A stretch of 64,000 nt of DNA from Longimicrobiales bacterium (lineage in GTDB: Bacteria > Gemmatimonadota > Gemmatimonadetes > Longimicrobiales > Gaopeijiaceae). The DNA lies in assembly GCA_965219445.1 (NCBI GenBank), contig CBDCNQ010000005.1:128001-192000 (forward strand), given 5' to 3'. The position numbers and the translations under genes were made by a program. Of the stretch, positions 50,397 to 59,969 are shown in pieces. The notes beneath the pieces were generated by a model. That model did not search any database. It saw nothing but the letters and a program-made list of their open reading frames with translations, and was not told where the DNA came from. Numbering within the stretch: the first letter of the stretch is position 1; the number at the start of each line of letters is the position of its first letter.

Positions 50397-51839
50397 GTGC
50401 GAGTGGCAGCGACGCTCGTGTGGGAGGGAAGCGTGGACTCCGTTGATACGGGCACGGCAGAGGCGAAAGAGGGACCGCTCGATCTTCAGCTCGGATCCGG
50501 GCTCACAGCCTTGGTCGGGGGCGACGGCTCTTTACGGAGCGAGGTCATGGAGCGGTTCGCTGCTCGTCTGGCCCAAGAAGATGAGCGCCTTCAGACGCTG
50601 ATTGCGGGGCCGGGCACGGTTGGGCCAGCACGCGCATGGCGCCGCGCGGTTCGCATTCTTGCGCAGTGGTCTGGCCTCCAGGGCGTGGACCAAGAGCTCG
50701 CTGACCTGACCCACGCGAGCTCCGTGGGCGGCGATCATTCATTACTGACGGACTCGGGCGTGGAGGGCCTCCGAGCACGGGTGCAGGAGTTGAAGCGCCT
50801 TCCCGAGGCACTTCGCCTCAAGACCCGCGAACTGCGACGACTGCGGGCGGATGCGGTCGAGGTGGGCGGGGATTTGGAGGTCGCGAACATGGAGTGGCTC
50901 CGCGAGCGACAGGATGCCGAGACGCACCTCCTCGCGTATCGAGACCGTGCCCGGGAGCTCAAGGTCCGCCTCCAGCAGCTCGAGGTGGGAGGCGAGGATA
51001 CGGCTTGCGCAACCTGCGAGCGGGTTCTTCGTGAGCGGTTCGAGTCCGTCCTGGAGGCGCTTCGCGAGGAATGGGAGTCCGTGGTGCAGGACGGGAGTTG
51101 GTGGAAACGCCGTAAGGACCAACTGGACTCGAAGCCCACCCATCTACAGGACTTCGAGGGCAAGTCCATACGTGTCCAGGCCATGATCGAGGCGTGCACT
51201 GAAGAGGTAGAACGGCTGAGGGCTCGATTGCCGGAGCTGACTGAAGCCGAAGACGCCCTCGCGATGGCCCATGTGGCCGAAGGTCCCTCGAAACGGGGTG
51301 GGGGTGAGGGCGCGGGACTCTCTTCGGGCCACTCCGATCTCCGTCGCCGTGCGTTGGAGGCCCTACGCCGAGAGCTCCTGTCCGACGCCCGCGAGGCGCT
51401 GACCGCCCGAACCGGCCGCTACCTGAATCATCTGAGCAGCGGTGGTGTGCTAGGCGTCGGCGTGACGGGCGACGGAGAGCCCACCATCGCTCGAGACGAG
51501 GGCGCTCGGAGGATCCACTCCGACGAAGAGGTGGCCGCGTATCTGTTCGCGCTACGGCTCGCGTTCGTCGACTTGGCGGCCGGTTGCGGGGTGCACGCCT
51601 CGGAGATTCTTTTCGGAGACACCTTCGATCGCCTCGAACCTGACGCCAAGTTGAGGGCGGTCGGACTCCTTCGGACGTTGCTCAGAAAAGTCCCGAAAAT
51701 CCTTCTCTTTTGCCGCGGCGAAATTCTCGACGCGACACCAGAATGGTTCGATTGGATCGTTGAATTGGGGGTCGACCGCCGTGGATCTCCCTTCGCCCGG
51801 GTGCAAAGAAGCGGAGTAGGGAAACTACAGATTCACTGA
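50397..51839 (+). CDS. Short SbcC/Rad50-like coiled-coil protein with zinc hook and degenerate ATPase motifs
   Basis: GLTALVGGDGSLRS at Walker A position, coiled coil around CATC, FALRLA, ILFGDTFDRLE at Walker B position; follows sbcD-like gene. Confidence 0.7.
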   Translation: MRVAATLVWEGSVDSVDTGTAEAKEGPLDLQLGSGLTALVGGDGSLRSEVMERFAARLAQEDERLQTLIAGPGTVGPARAWRRAVRILAQWSGLQGVDQELADLTHASSVGGDHSLLTDSGVEGLRARVQELKRLPEALRLKTRELRRLRADAVEVGGDLEVANMEWLRERQDAETHLLAYRDRARELKVRLQQLEVGGEDTACATCERVLRERFESVLEALREEWESVVQDGSWWKRRKDQLDSKPTHLQDFEGKSIRVQAMIEACTEEVERLRARLPELTEAEDALAMAHVAEGPSKRGGGEGAGLSSGHSDLRRRALEALRRELLSDAREALTARTGRYLNHLSSGGVLGVGVTGDGEPTIARDEGARRIHSDEEVAAYLFALRLAFVDLAAGCGVHASEILFGDTFDRLEPDAKLRAVGLLRTLLRKVPKILLFCRGEILDATPEWFDWIVELGVDRRGSPFARVQRSGVGKLQIH

Positions 51840-51858
51840 TGCCTCGGCCCTCGGCCGC

Positions 51859-51909
51859 AGCCTCCTACTTAGCTCCTACGGCAGCTCCTACGGCTAACTC
51901 CGCTACGGC
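51859..51909 (+). repeat. Short tandem repeat, about 12-bp unit
   Basis: AGCTCCTACGGC exact at 51871-51882 and 51883-51894 with degenerate flanking units. Confidence 0.7.
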
Positions 51910-51917
51910 AATCGGCT

Positions 51918-52361
51918 TTATATCCGCTGGTGGTCAGGGCGCCAATCCCTCACTCGTTTCTTGATCTCCTCGCGGCCCTCGATCCCCTCGGCGCTCACCG
52001 TCGTAACCAAAGACCCGACCTCATCGTCTGAAGCGAACCGCAGCCCGATTAGTTGCTCGGTGCTCAGGTTGTCGACAATGCCCTTCTCACCCGGAGGAAG
52101 CAATTCATGAAGGCGGAGTCGTTCCTCGAGGCGAATGACGCGGTCCTGGGCGCCGAGCGCGAAGAGCCGGGCGAAGAGCCCTATCATCACCAGGGCGACG
52201 GCCAAAAGAAGCCCAATCACGGAATCGACGGAAAAAGAAGTGACGGCTACATACGCCGAATAAATCAAATTGATCAGGAGGATAAGCAGTGCCACGTAGT
52301 GATATCCAGGAACGAACTTCCGGTGGTTCTCATAGTTTTGAGCCGGCGCGGCCGTCGTCAT
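51918..52361 (-). CDS. Small membrane protein (DUF6526-like)
   Basis: QNYENHR..P.YH, QDRVIRLEERLR, QLIGLRFASD, W.PDHQRI. Confidence 0.7.
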   Translation of the reverse strand: MTTAAPAQNYENHRKFVPGYHYVALLILLINLIYSAYVAVTSFSVDSVIGLLLAVALVMIGLFARLFALGAQDRVIRLEERLRLHELLPPGEKGIVDNLSTEQLIGLRFASDDEVGSLVTTVSAEGIEGREEIKKRVRDWRPDHQRI

Positions 52362-52537
52362 GAGACTCTCCTTGGAGCGGGAATGGTATACTTTGTTGGG
52401 GCGTTCCGGGGGTTAGTGAGGAGCGCCGTGCCCTAGGATAGGGCGTGAGGGGGGTTGTCGCCATCTCCCGTGTCCGTCTTCGAAAACTCGACGCAGAGGC
52501 GACGGCTCCAGAAGGGTCGGCGCCGCCTCGACTCAGC

Positions 52538-54874
52538 CTAACTCCCCAGCGTCTGCCAGGCGCTCAGACGTTCCTCGTACGCGCGCCCCCGTTCTTCATC
52601 GCTGCGTTGGAGGGCGGCCTGAGCGAGAGCGGCGAAGAGCCAGGCGTAATAATTCGGAATTCCAATGGTGGAGCGATCGGGCCAGTGACTCCACTCGTCG
52701 GGAATACCAGTCCGATGCAGGAAGACCTCTTCCGCCAAAGTTCGCGTGCGCTCCACGTCCAACCAGAGCCCCGTGACCGGGAGGAGCTGCGCGTCTTCGA
52801 GCAAGATGTTTCGGGGACTCGAATCTGGGGGGCCCGGGTAAAGTCGAAAGGCCAGCCCATGCCGCACGAGATAGGGCACGAGGCCCAGATCCCGAGCCGC
52901 GCTTCCGCTCGATGCGAAATAGATGGGCCGGTCCTCGACACTGCTTTGAATCAGCAGTAGGGCAAACTGCTGCCAAGGATAGATGATGGTTTCCCCCGCT
53001 ATCGTTGCCACCACGGGTCCGAGGGGGAAATCGCGCTCTTCGTCGAGCGATACGTAACCCGCGGGTCCGGCAACCTGGGCTATGATTTCATCTTCCAGGG
53101 GGAGGATCGTTCGGGTAGGCGCTGCCACCGGACCCTCCGTGAGGATGGCGAGCCGTCCCTGCGCGTCCGCCGCGCTCGGGTCCGCGGTATAGAAGGGCTC
53201 ACCCTCCTGAGGCTGGTACGGTCGCTGGCAAACGATGGTGGTCCTGCTGTCGCTCGCCCGCACGCCGGAGGGGCACGGTGTGGTGAGGTCTCGAATCTGC
53301 CTGACATACCAGTCCAAATTGAGGTAAGACGTGACGATGACGGTGACGTCGCGGCGTATACCCTCGGTCTCCTGCAGGTACCAAAGCGGAAACGTGTCGT
53401 TGTCACCGTTCGTAAAAAGAACGCTATACGGCTCCACGCTCATCAAAAGATTGTACGCCCAATCCCGTGCAGAGTAGTCTGCACGCCGGCTCGCCCAGGG
53501 CCAGTTGAGCAGAAGCGGGATCAAGGCCAGCGCGAGCACCGGAGAGGCTCGGGACCACGATCCCTTCAGCCGTGCCGCGGCCCCTTGCCAGAGCGCGGCG
53601 ATTCCGATGCCGGCCCAGAGCCCCCACACCGAGAAACCGACGATAAAGAAGTAATCCCGCTCGCGTACCTCGTGGACGTCACTCGGATTGGGAGATGCGA
53701 GTGAGAAGCCGTACGTGAAATTGAGGTAAAAGACGAGGCCGAGTGAGAGTGTAGCGAACAGCATCAGGACGTAGAGACCGCTGGCCGAGTCTCTCCGTAA
53801 GTGTTGGACGGCACCATACAGGCCGAGACCCGCGAACAAGAGGGTGAATGGGAGCCTGACCAGCGGAAAAACCGTGTCAGACCCTGCTGCGCCCCTCGCC
53901 CATTGCCAGTCGAAGTACTGCAGGTAGTTCGCGAGCTGCGACCACAGGGGCGACGCCCGTGGTAACACTGGGGGCTTGAGGTACTGCTGCCTGGACAGGG
54001 CAGCTGACAGCTCGGCACAACCCGCCTGGCCCATCGTTACGATGCTCGTCAGTGCGCTCTGGAGACCGGCGCAGGTCGGGTCGGCCTCGTTGATGATGGG
54101 ACCGAGCGCCGCCCGCAACGGTAGGTAGAGATGTATGGAAAGGCCGAGGAAAACGGCAAGCGCGCCCATCGTGTAAAGACGCCAGTTGAGTAAGACTCGG
54201 GGTGAGACCCAGAGGACGAACAGGCCGAGTGCGGGGGCGGCGAGAAACGCCATGAGATGGTTTCCCACTGACAGAGCCAGGATGAAGGCGATGAGTATCA
54301 GAAGGTTGTCATCCCGTCCCTTTCCGAGGTTCTCACGCCAGTGGAAGGCCAGCCAGGTCAGGAGCGCGATGGTCATGAGCGAGACCGTGTAGACCTTCTC
54401 GTTCACGTTGGATTGGTTCCAAACGGTGAACGCGGTCGCACTCACGACGACCGCCACCAACGCGCCCACGATGCGGAACCGGCGATCGTCGGAGAAAAAT
54501 GACAAAACGTGATGGACGGCCAGGAACCAGAGACCGTGGGCGACACTGCTCATGAGGGCTGAGAACAGGTTGATCCGTGTCGCAACCGAGAGGCCCATCG
54601 GCGTCAGGAGAAGCTCCCACGTTCGGGCCATTAGGACGAAAAGGGGATTTCCCGGGGGGTGCGGGATCCCGAGGATGTGCCCCGTGGCGATGTACTCGCT
54701 CGTATCCCAGAATGCGGTTGTCGGCGCCAGTGTGACCGTATACAAGAGGCCCACACCAAGGCCCACGATCAGCGCCCAGAGGTGGATCGGATCCTCATCC
54801 GCGGAATTGTTGGCGGGTCGGTTCTCTTCGTCCGGCACGAGCGTGGGGGTTGGGCTCTCTTGACTCCGGTTCAT
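52538..54874 (-). CDS. DUF2723/TMEM260-like GT-C membrane glycosyltransferase
   Basis: TLAPT..FWDTSEYI, LGIPHPPGNPLF, REVRERDYFF-like HEVRERDYFF, FTNGDNDTFPLWY.QE.EG.R.DV; many TM helices. Confidence 0.85.
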   Translation of the reverse strand: MNRSQESPTPTLVPDEENRPANNSADEDPIHLWALIVGLGVGLLYTVTLAPTTAFWDTSEYIATGHILGIPHPPGNPLFVLMARTWELLLTPMGLSVATRINLFSALMSSVAHGLWFLAVHHVLSFFSDDRRFRIVGALVAVVVSATAFTVWNQSNVNEKVYTVSLMTIALLTWLAFHWRENLGKGRDDNLLILIAFILALSVGNHLMAFLAAPALGLFVLWVSPRVLLNWRLYTMGALAVFLGLSIHLYLPLRAALGPIINEADPTCAGLQSALTSIVTMGQAGCAELSAALSRQQYLKPPVLPRASPLWSQLANYLQYFDWQWARGAAGSDTVFPLVRLPFTLLFAGLGLYGAVQHLRRDSASGLYVLMLFATLSLGLVFYLNFTYGFSLASPNPSDVHEVRERDYFFIVGFSVWGLWAGIGIAALWQGAAARLKGSWSRASPVLALALIPLLLNWPWASRRADYSARDWAYNLLMSVEPYSVLFTNGDNDTFPLWYLQETEGIRRDVTVIVTSYLNLDWYVRQIRDLTTPCPSGVRASDSRTTIVCQRPYQPQEGEPFYTADPSAADAQGRLAILTEGPVAAPTRTILPLEDEIIAQVAGPAGYVSLDEERDFPLGPVVATIAGETIIYPWQQFALLLIQSSVEDRPIYFASSGSAARDLGLVPYLVRHGLAFRLYPGPPDSSPRNILLEDAQLLPVTGLWLDVERTRTLAEEVFLHRTGIPDEWSHWPDRSTIGIPNYYAWLFAALAQAALQRSDEERGRAYEERLSAWQTLGS

Positions 54875-54954
54875 CGTCGCTCTGCTTGGGTTGCCAGGGG
54901 CCGAGGCCGGGGGTTTAGCGAAGGTGGTCCGGCGCGTGCCTCACCGCGCTCGTG

Positions 54955-56988
54955 CTACGTCGCGGAGAGGTGCAGGTTCCCCCATTCATCGACCGTGAGC
55001 CCCCAGCCTCGGGGGACCCAGGTGGTCGCACTGTATTCTAACACCACAGCGGGTCCGTCGAGCGTCTGGTCCGGGCCCAACTCACTGCGCCAGACACGAT
55101 CCACCTCAGTCCATCCCGTCTCGGTGTATGCCGGCGTGCGCTCGACGGTCGGAGGGGCGCCCTCCTGCGGGATGCGTTCTAGATCGAGCCGTGGCCCGGG
55201 TGCGGAAGCGATGGCTCGAAGGGTAACCGCCTCGACGGGCGTGGCAGGGCGCTCGTAACCGTATCGTTTTTTGTGCAGTGCGTGGAATCGAGTGTCCCAG
55301 TCGTCACCGGGGACTCTCAGTTCGAAGCTCTGGCGCTCGTACCGAGCGTCTACCCACTGCCGCAACGTGAGGCGATCCACGGGCACCCCCTCCTCCGCCA
55401 TCGCCGCAACGGCGGCCTGTTCCAACTCAGCGAACACACTTTCGACGTTCTCATGGGCGTTTTCCGAGGCCGTGGAAATCAACACTGTTCTGGAGACCTC
55501 CCGCGTGATGTCCGCGGCGAGCATCCCGTATGCGGAAAGCAGTCCTGGGCGGGGGGGGACCATGGCTCGGCGGGTACCCAGTCGGTCGGCCAGATGTGCG
55601 GCGTGTAGGCCGCCGGCGCCACCGAACGCTACGAGGGTGAACTCGGCCGGATCGTGTCCCCGTTCCACAGAGATGACCCGTAGGGCACGCTCCATCGCCG
55701 TGTTGGTAACTTCCAGGATGCCCTCGGCCGCCACTTCGAGACTCTCTCCGAGACGATCCGCAATACCTTGGAGGCGCGGTTCGACCGCTGACCGGTCCAG
55801 CGTCCGTTCGCCTCCCAAGAAGGCATCGGCGGGCAACCTTCCCAGCCAGACGTGTGCATCGGTGACCGTGACGCTGGTTCCACCGCCCCCGTAACAGATG
55901 GGTCCGGGATCGGCACCCGCCGACTCCGGTCCCACCCGCAAGGCACCCCCAGGGTCGATTCGTGCCAACGATCCGCCTCCCGCGCCAACCGTATGAATGT
56001 CGATGACCGGGATTGCGATGGGCTGTCCGGCAATCTCCAACTCTCTGGTGTGGAGAGGGGCTCCGGGGCACAACGAGACGTCGGTGGAGGTTCCCCCCAT
56101 ATCAAACGTGATGATGCGCTCATGCCCGGCCCGGCGCCCGCATGCGAGCGCCCCCACTACCCCCCCCGCGGGACCGGAAAGGACCGTGTGCACCGGCTCC
56201 CGGGCGGCACGGTCTACGGGAAGCGACCCGCCGTTCGACCCCATGACGCTCACGCGCTCCGCGCCGGACTCCTTGGCCAAGCGCTTCAAGTATGCCGAGA
56301 TCAACGGCGCGACATAGGCATTCACGACCGTGGTCGAGGTCCGTTCGTACTCTCGGTATTCAGGGAGTAGCCTGACCGACACGGACACGGGTAGGTCCAG
56401 CTCCGCCAGTGCGTCGGCCACACTCTCCTCATGAGTGGAGTTCGCATAGGAGTGTAGGAGCACGACCGCGACCGATTCCGCGCCGACCATCGACTCGGGT
56501 AGCGCGTCCAATTCGACCCGGTCGAGCTCCTCGATGACCTCGCCGTCGGGTCCAATCCTTCCACGGATCCCGTGGCGGTCATCGCGATCTACGAGGGATG
56601 GCAGACGGTGCCCCACAAGCGCGTATAGCTGGGGCCGATTCTGTCTCCCGATCTCGACAATGTCCTCGAAGCCCGCGTTCGTGACGAGCTTTACTCGCGA
56701 GCCCTTCCGCTCGAGAAGGGCGTTGGTCGCGACCGTGGAGCCGTGGAGGAGCGCGAACGCACCGTCGGCCTCACGCTCATCGCCGGCAAGTACTCGCCGC
56801 AGGCCCTCCAAGACTGCGTCGGACGGATCGCTTGGCGTAGACGGAAGCTTGAGCGAGCGGAGGCGTCCTTCGTCGAGGAGGAGGACATCCGTGAATGTCC
56901 CTCCCGTATCCACGGCCACCACGGTGGAGATCTCTTGCTTATCCACGGCTGCCCCTGGGGGGATCTTTCCCTTTCCCACTTCGCTCAT
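54955..56988 (-). CDS. Hydantoinase/5-oxoprolinase subunit A
   Basis: VDTGGTFTD, HGSTVATNALLE, EYERTSTT, SGPAGG, DMGGTSTDV, GAGGGS. Confidence 0.92.
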   Translation of the reverse strand: MSEVGKGKIPPGAAVDKQEISTVVAVDTGGTFTDVLLLDEGRLRSLKLPSTPSDPSDAVLEGLRRVLAGDEREADGAFALLHGSTVATNALLERKGSRVKLVTNAGFEDIVEIGRQNRPQLYALVGHRLPSLVDRDDRHGIRGRIGPDGEVIEELDRVELDALPESMVGAESVAVVLLHSYANSTHEESVADALAELDLPVSVSVRLLPEYREYERTSTTVVNAYVAPLISAYLKRLAKESGAERVSVMGSNGGSLPVDRAAREPVHTVLSGPAGGVVGALACGRRAGHERIITFDMGGTSTDVSLCPGAPLHTRELEIAGQPIAIPVIDIHTVGAGGGSLARIDPGGALRVGPESAGADPGPICYGGGGTSVTVTDAHVWLGRLPADAFLGGERTLDRSAVEPRLQGIADRLGESLEVAAEGILEVTNTAMERALRVISVERGHDPAEFTLVAFGGAGGLHAAHLADRLGTRRAMVPPRPGLLSAYGMLAADITREVSRTVLISTASENAHENVESVFAELEQAAVAAMAEEGVPVDRLTLRQWVDARYERQSFELRVPGDDWDTRFHALHKKRYGYERPATPVEAVTLRAIASAPGPRLDLERIPQEGAPPTVERTPAYTETGWTEVDRVWRSELGPDQTLDGPAVVLEYSATTWVPRGWGLTVDEWGNLHLSAT

Positions 56989-57039
56989 AAGTTTCGTGGC
57001 CCCTTTCGGGGCACCTTTTCACACTGCCCGCCGGGATCC

Positions 57040-58539
57040 ATGGAACTCAAGCCTACACCGGAGGAATTTCGCACCCAAGCGACCGGCACGGGCGTTCTCC
57101 CGGTGTGGAGAGAGTTCCTTTTCGACGTCGATACGGCGGTTACGGCCTACGCAAAGATTCGTCGTCCACCTTTCGGTTTTCTACTCGAGTCCGTTGTGGG
57201 GGGCGATCAATGGGCTCGTTACACCTTCCTAGGGAGTGCGCCGGCCAAAGCATGGCGCCTCCGCGGAGACCGCGCGGAGCTATGGACGCCAGGCGACGGT
57301 TGGTCACCGATCACCGCCGCCGACCCCTTGACCGACCTCGACGAGCGGTTGCGAGCCCGCCGACCACTGGCCACCGGGGGCCTCCCGAGGCTATGGGGAG
57401 GTGCGGTAGGGTACTTCGGATATGATGTTGTGCGCCAGGTCGAGCGGCTCCCTGATGAGCCGGAGGACGACCTCGGGCTGCCCGACGGGCTCTTTATGTT
57501 CATGGATGTCGTGCTTGCCATCGACAACCTTCTCGGCCGTGCCATGGCGATCGCCACCGTCGAGGTCGAAGGGGGACTGGACGACGACGAGCTTCGCCGT
57601 AGGTACGACGAGGCGGCCGAAAAGACGCAGCAGCTCGTTTCCCAGCTTGCCGAGGGGGCTTCACCGTCACCCTTGAAGATCGGGCCCGAACCCACTGAGG
57701 ACCCCGAGTTTTCCAGTACGATGACTCGCACTGAGTACGAGACCGGAGTCGAACGGATCCGCGAATACATCTTTGCCGGCGATGCCTTCCAGGTGGTTCT
57801 GAGCCAGCGACTCGCGATGCCTATGCCCGCCGAGCCCTTCGAGCTATACCGGGTGCTTCGTTCGCTCAATCCGTCTCCGTATCTGTATTTTCTCGAGCTC
57901 GATGGGTTTTCACTGGTCGGAAGTTCGCCCGAGGTCCTTGTACGAGTCGAGGACGATGTGGTCACGGTCCGGCCCATCGCCGGGACCCGTCCAAGGGGGG
58001 CGACAACGGAGGAAGACCGGAGTCTTGCGCTTGACCTCCAAGCCGACGAGAAGGAGCTCGCCGAGCACCGCATGCTAGTGGACCTGGGCCGGAATGACGT
58101 CGGCCGTGTCGCCGAGTACGGATCGATCACGGTGCCCGATCTCATGATCGTCGAGCGCTACTCGCACGTCATGCATCTCGTGAGCCAGGTCGAGGGGAAT
58201 CTGAAACGGGGTCTCTCAGCCATAGATGTTTTCAGGGCATGTTTCCCGGCCGGTACGGTGTCGGGGGCACCCAAGGTTCGAGCGATGGAGATTATCGATG
58301 AACTCGAGCCGGTGCGGCGGGGCCCCTATGCCGGTGCGGTGGGTTATTTCGGCTGGGGTGGCACCTCGATGGACACGGCGATCACGATCCGCACCGTGCT
58401 CGTCAAGGACGGCACGGCCTACGTGCAGGCGGGCGCGGGTATCGTCGCCGATTCCGACCCTGGACGGGAGTACGAAGAGACGCTGAACAAGGCGCGGGCG
58501 CTGCTGCGCGCGGGGGCGATGCTCGCGTCGCGAACCTGA
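57040..58539 (+). CDS. trpE: Anthranilate synthase component I
   Basis: LLESV, NPSPY, GSSPE, PIAGT, AEHRMLVDLGRND, FPAGTVSGAPK, QAGAGIVADS. Confidence 0.93.
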   Translation: MELKPTPEEFRTQATGTGVLPVWREFLFDVDTAVTAYAKIRRPPFGFLLESVVGGDQWARYTFLGSAPAKAWRLRGDRAELWTPGDGWSPITAADPLTDLDERLRARRPLATGGLPRLWGGAVGYFGYDVVRQVERLPDEPEDDLGLPDGLFMFMDVVLAIDNLLGRAMAIATVEVEGGLDDDELRRRYDEAAEKTQQLVSQLAEGASPSPLKIGPEPTEDPEFSSTMTRTEYETGVERIREYIFAGDAFQVVLSQRLAMPMPAEPFELYRVLRSLNPSPYLYFLELDGFSLVGSSPEVLVRVEDDVVTVRPIAGTRPRGATTEEDRSLALDLQADEKELAEHRMLVDLGRNDVGRVAEYGSITVPDLMIVERYSHVMHLVSQVEGNLKRGLSAIDVFRACFPAGTVSGAPKVRAMEIIDELEPVRRGPYAGAVGYFGWGGTSMDTAITIRTVLVKDGTAYVQAGAGIVADSDPGREYEETLNKARALLRAGAMLASRT

Positions 58540-58606
58540 TGGTGCTTGAGGGGGTCCAGGCACGAGGCTCAGTCGGTGGTTCCCTTCGTCGCTCTCGTTC
58601 GTGTGG

Positions 58607-59794
58607 CTACATCCCGAGGACGTACTTGGTCAAGCCACCGTCGGCCCAAGGTCGGGATCCCGGTCCCTCCGCAGCATACACGTTGCCGTCGGCGTCCACG
58701 GCCACGCCCTCACCTGCTACGCCCATGGGCCTATCGTCCGAGTGGTGAGGTGGGATGAACGCTGTTACTCGGTCCTCGAGAGCGCTGCCGATCCGGATGC
58801 CTGTCATCCAGCCCGGGTGACGTTCCTCTCCCGTTTCGGAGTCGATCGCATAGAGCACGTCATCGGAGGTGATGAACAGGTCGCTGATCCGGCTGTATTC
58901 GTAATACTCATCGATATAGTTGCCGTCCTGATCGAAGATCTGGATCCGGTGGTTGCCCCGATCGGCGACGAACAGGCGACCCTGCGAATCGAACGCCATC
59001 GCGTGAGGCGTCCGGAACTCTCCGGGACCGTTCCCGATATGTCCCCACTCCATGATGAATTCGCCGTCTGGTGAGAACTTCATGATCCGTCCGGTGGAAC
59101 CGGGAGGGGCGGTAGTGGCATTTTGGCCGCTGTGGCCGTCCGCGACGAAGATGTCGCCGTTGGGCGCTGTGATCACATCACACGGCTGGTTGAAGTGGCT
59201 CGAATCGTTCCCCGCCACGCCGGCCGTTCCTAGCCGCATCAAGATTTCGCCATCGGGGCTGAACTTGATTACCTGGTGCCCCTTCGTTCTCGCTTCGTTC
59301 GCCGAGAAGTCTGTCACCCACACGTTCCCATCGGCGTCCACGTGAATCCCGTGTGGGGTGACGAAGATGTCCGCACCGAAGCTGGCGAGTAGCTCGCCCG
59401 TGTTTGGGTCATAGTTGACGATGGGGTCGACAAGGTTCGTGTCGCAGCCCCCGCCAAGACCTAGGTTGCCGCACCGGTCGTAGGCCCAAATAGTCCCGTC
59501 GGGCCCGGTGTCAGCGCCGGCCGTCGATCCCCAGACGCGGCCGTCAGGCAACTTGCCCCAGTCCGTCATCACTGCCGAAATCGGGTTGGGGAGATTTCTC
59601 AGGGCCGGGTCTGTAATGTTGTCGGCCCCAGTGCCGGTGGTACCCGCGGGCGGAGGCACGAAGGCGACAGCGTCACCACCGGCGCGCATCTCGTTCCCGG
59701 CCGGCATGTCATCGGCGGGTGCTCCGCAGCCGATGACCATTGCGAGTGAGACGCCTACAAGTGTCGTGACGATCGAGCGATTGGATAGAGACAT
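58607..59794 (-). CDS. NHL-repeat beta-propeller lipoprotein, PAL (amidating lyase)-like
   Basis: VIGC lipobox; PHGIHVD..GNVWVTD, HQVIKFSPDG, PHAMAFD, VADRGNHRIQIFD. Confidence 0.82.
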   Translation of the reverse strand: MSLSNRSIVTTLVGVSLAMVIGCGAPADDMPAGNEMRAGGDAVAFVPPPAGTTGTGADNITDPALRNLPNPISAVMTDWGKLPDGRVWGSTAGADTGPDGTIWAYDRCGNLGLGGGCDTNLVDPIVNYDPNTGELLASFGADIFVTPHGIHVDADGNVWVTDFSANEARTKGHQVIKFSPDGEILMRLGTAGVAGNDSSHFNQPCDVITAPNGDIFVADGHSGQNATTAPPGSTGRIMKFSPDGEFIMEWGHIGNGPGEFRTPHAMAFDSQGRLFVADRGNHRIQIFDQDGNYIDEYYEYSRISDLFITSDDVLYAIDSETGEERHPGWMTGIRIGSALEDRVTAFIPPHHSDDRPMGVAGEGVAVDADGNVYAAEGPGSRPWADGGLTKYVLGM

Positions 59795-59969
59795 GGTGGC
59801 CTCCCTTGGGGACAGGGTTGCAGAATTCTGATTCGTATACGACGAACGGTGGTAGAACGGGCGAGCCCGCACAAGCAGATCTGTCCACCCACAGTCGGAT
59901 TTGCGCGTCAACATACTGAGCCCGTATCGGAGGCGGGGCAAGGCGCTGTCACCGCCAGGGCCCGGAATA

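Noticed and set aside
56743..57039. N-terminal extensions of trpE (and of ppdK, ssb, the Ubl, PP2C and NHL genes) in the ORF track
   Set aside because: Most overlap neighbouring genes; family homology and RBS support later starts
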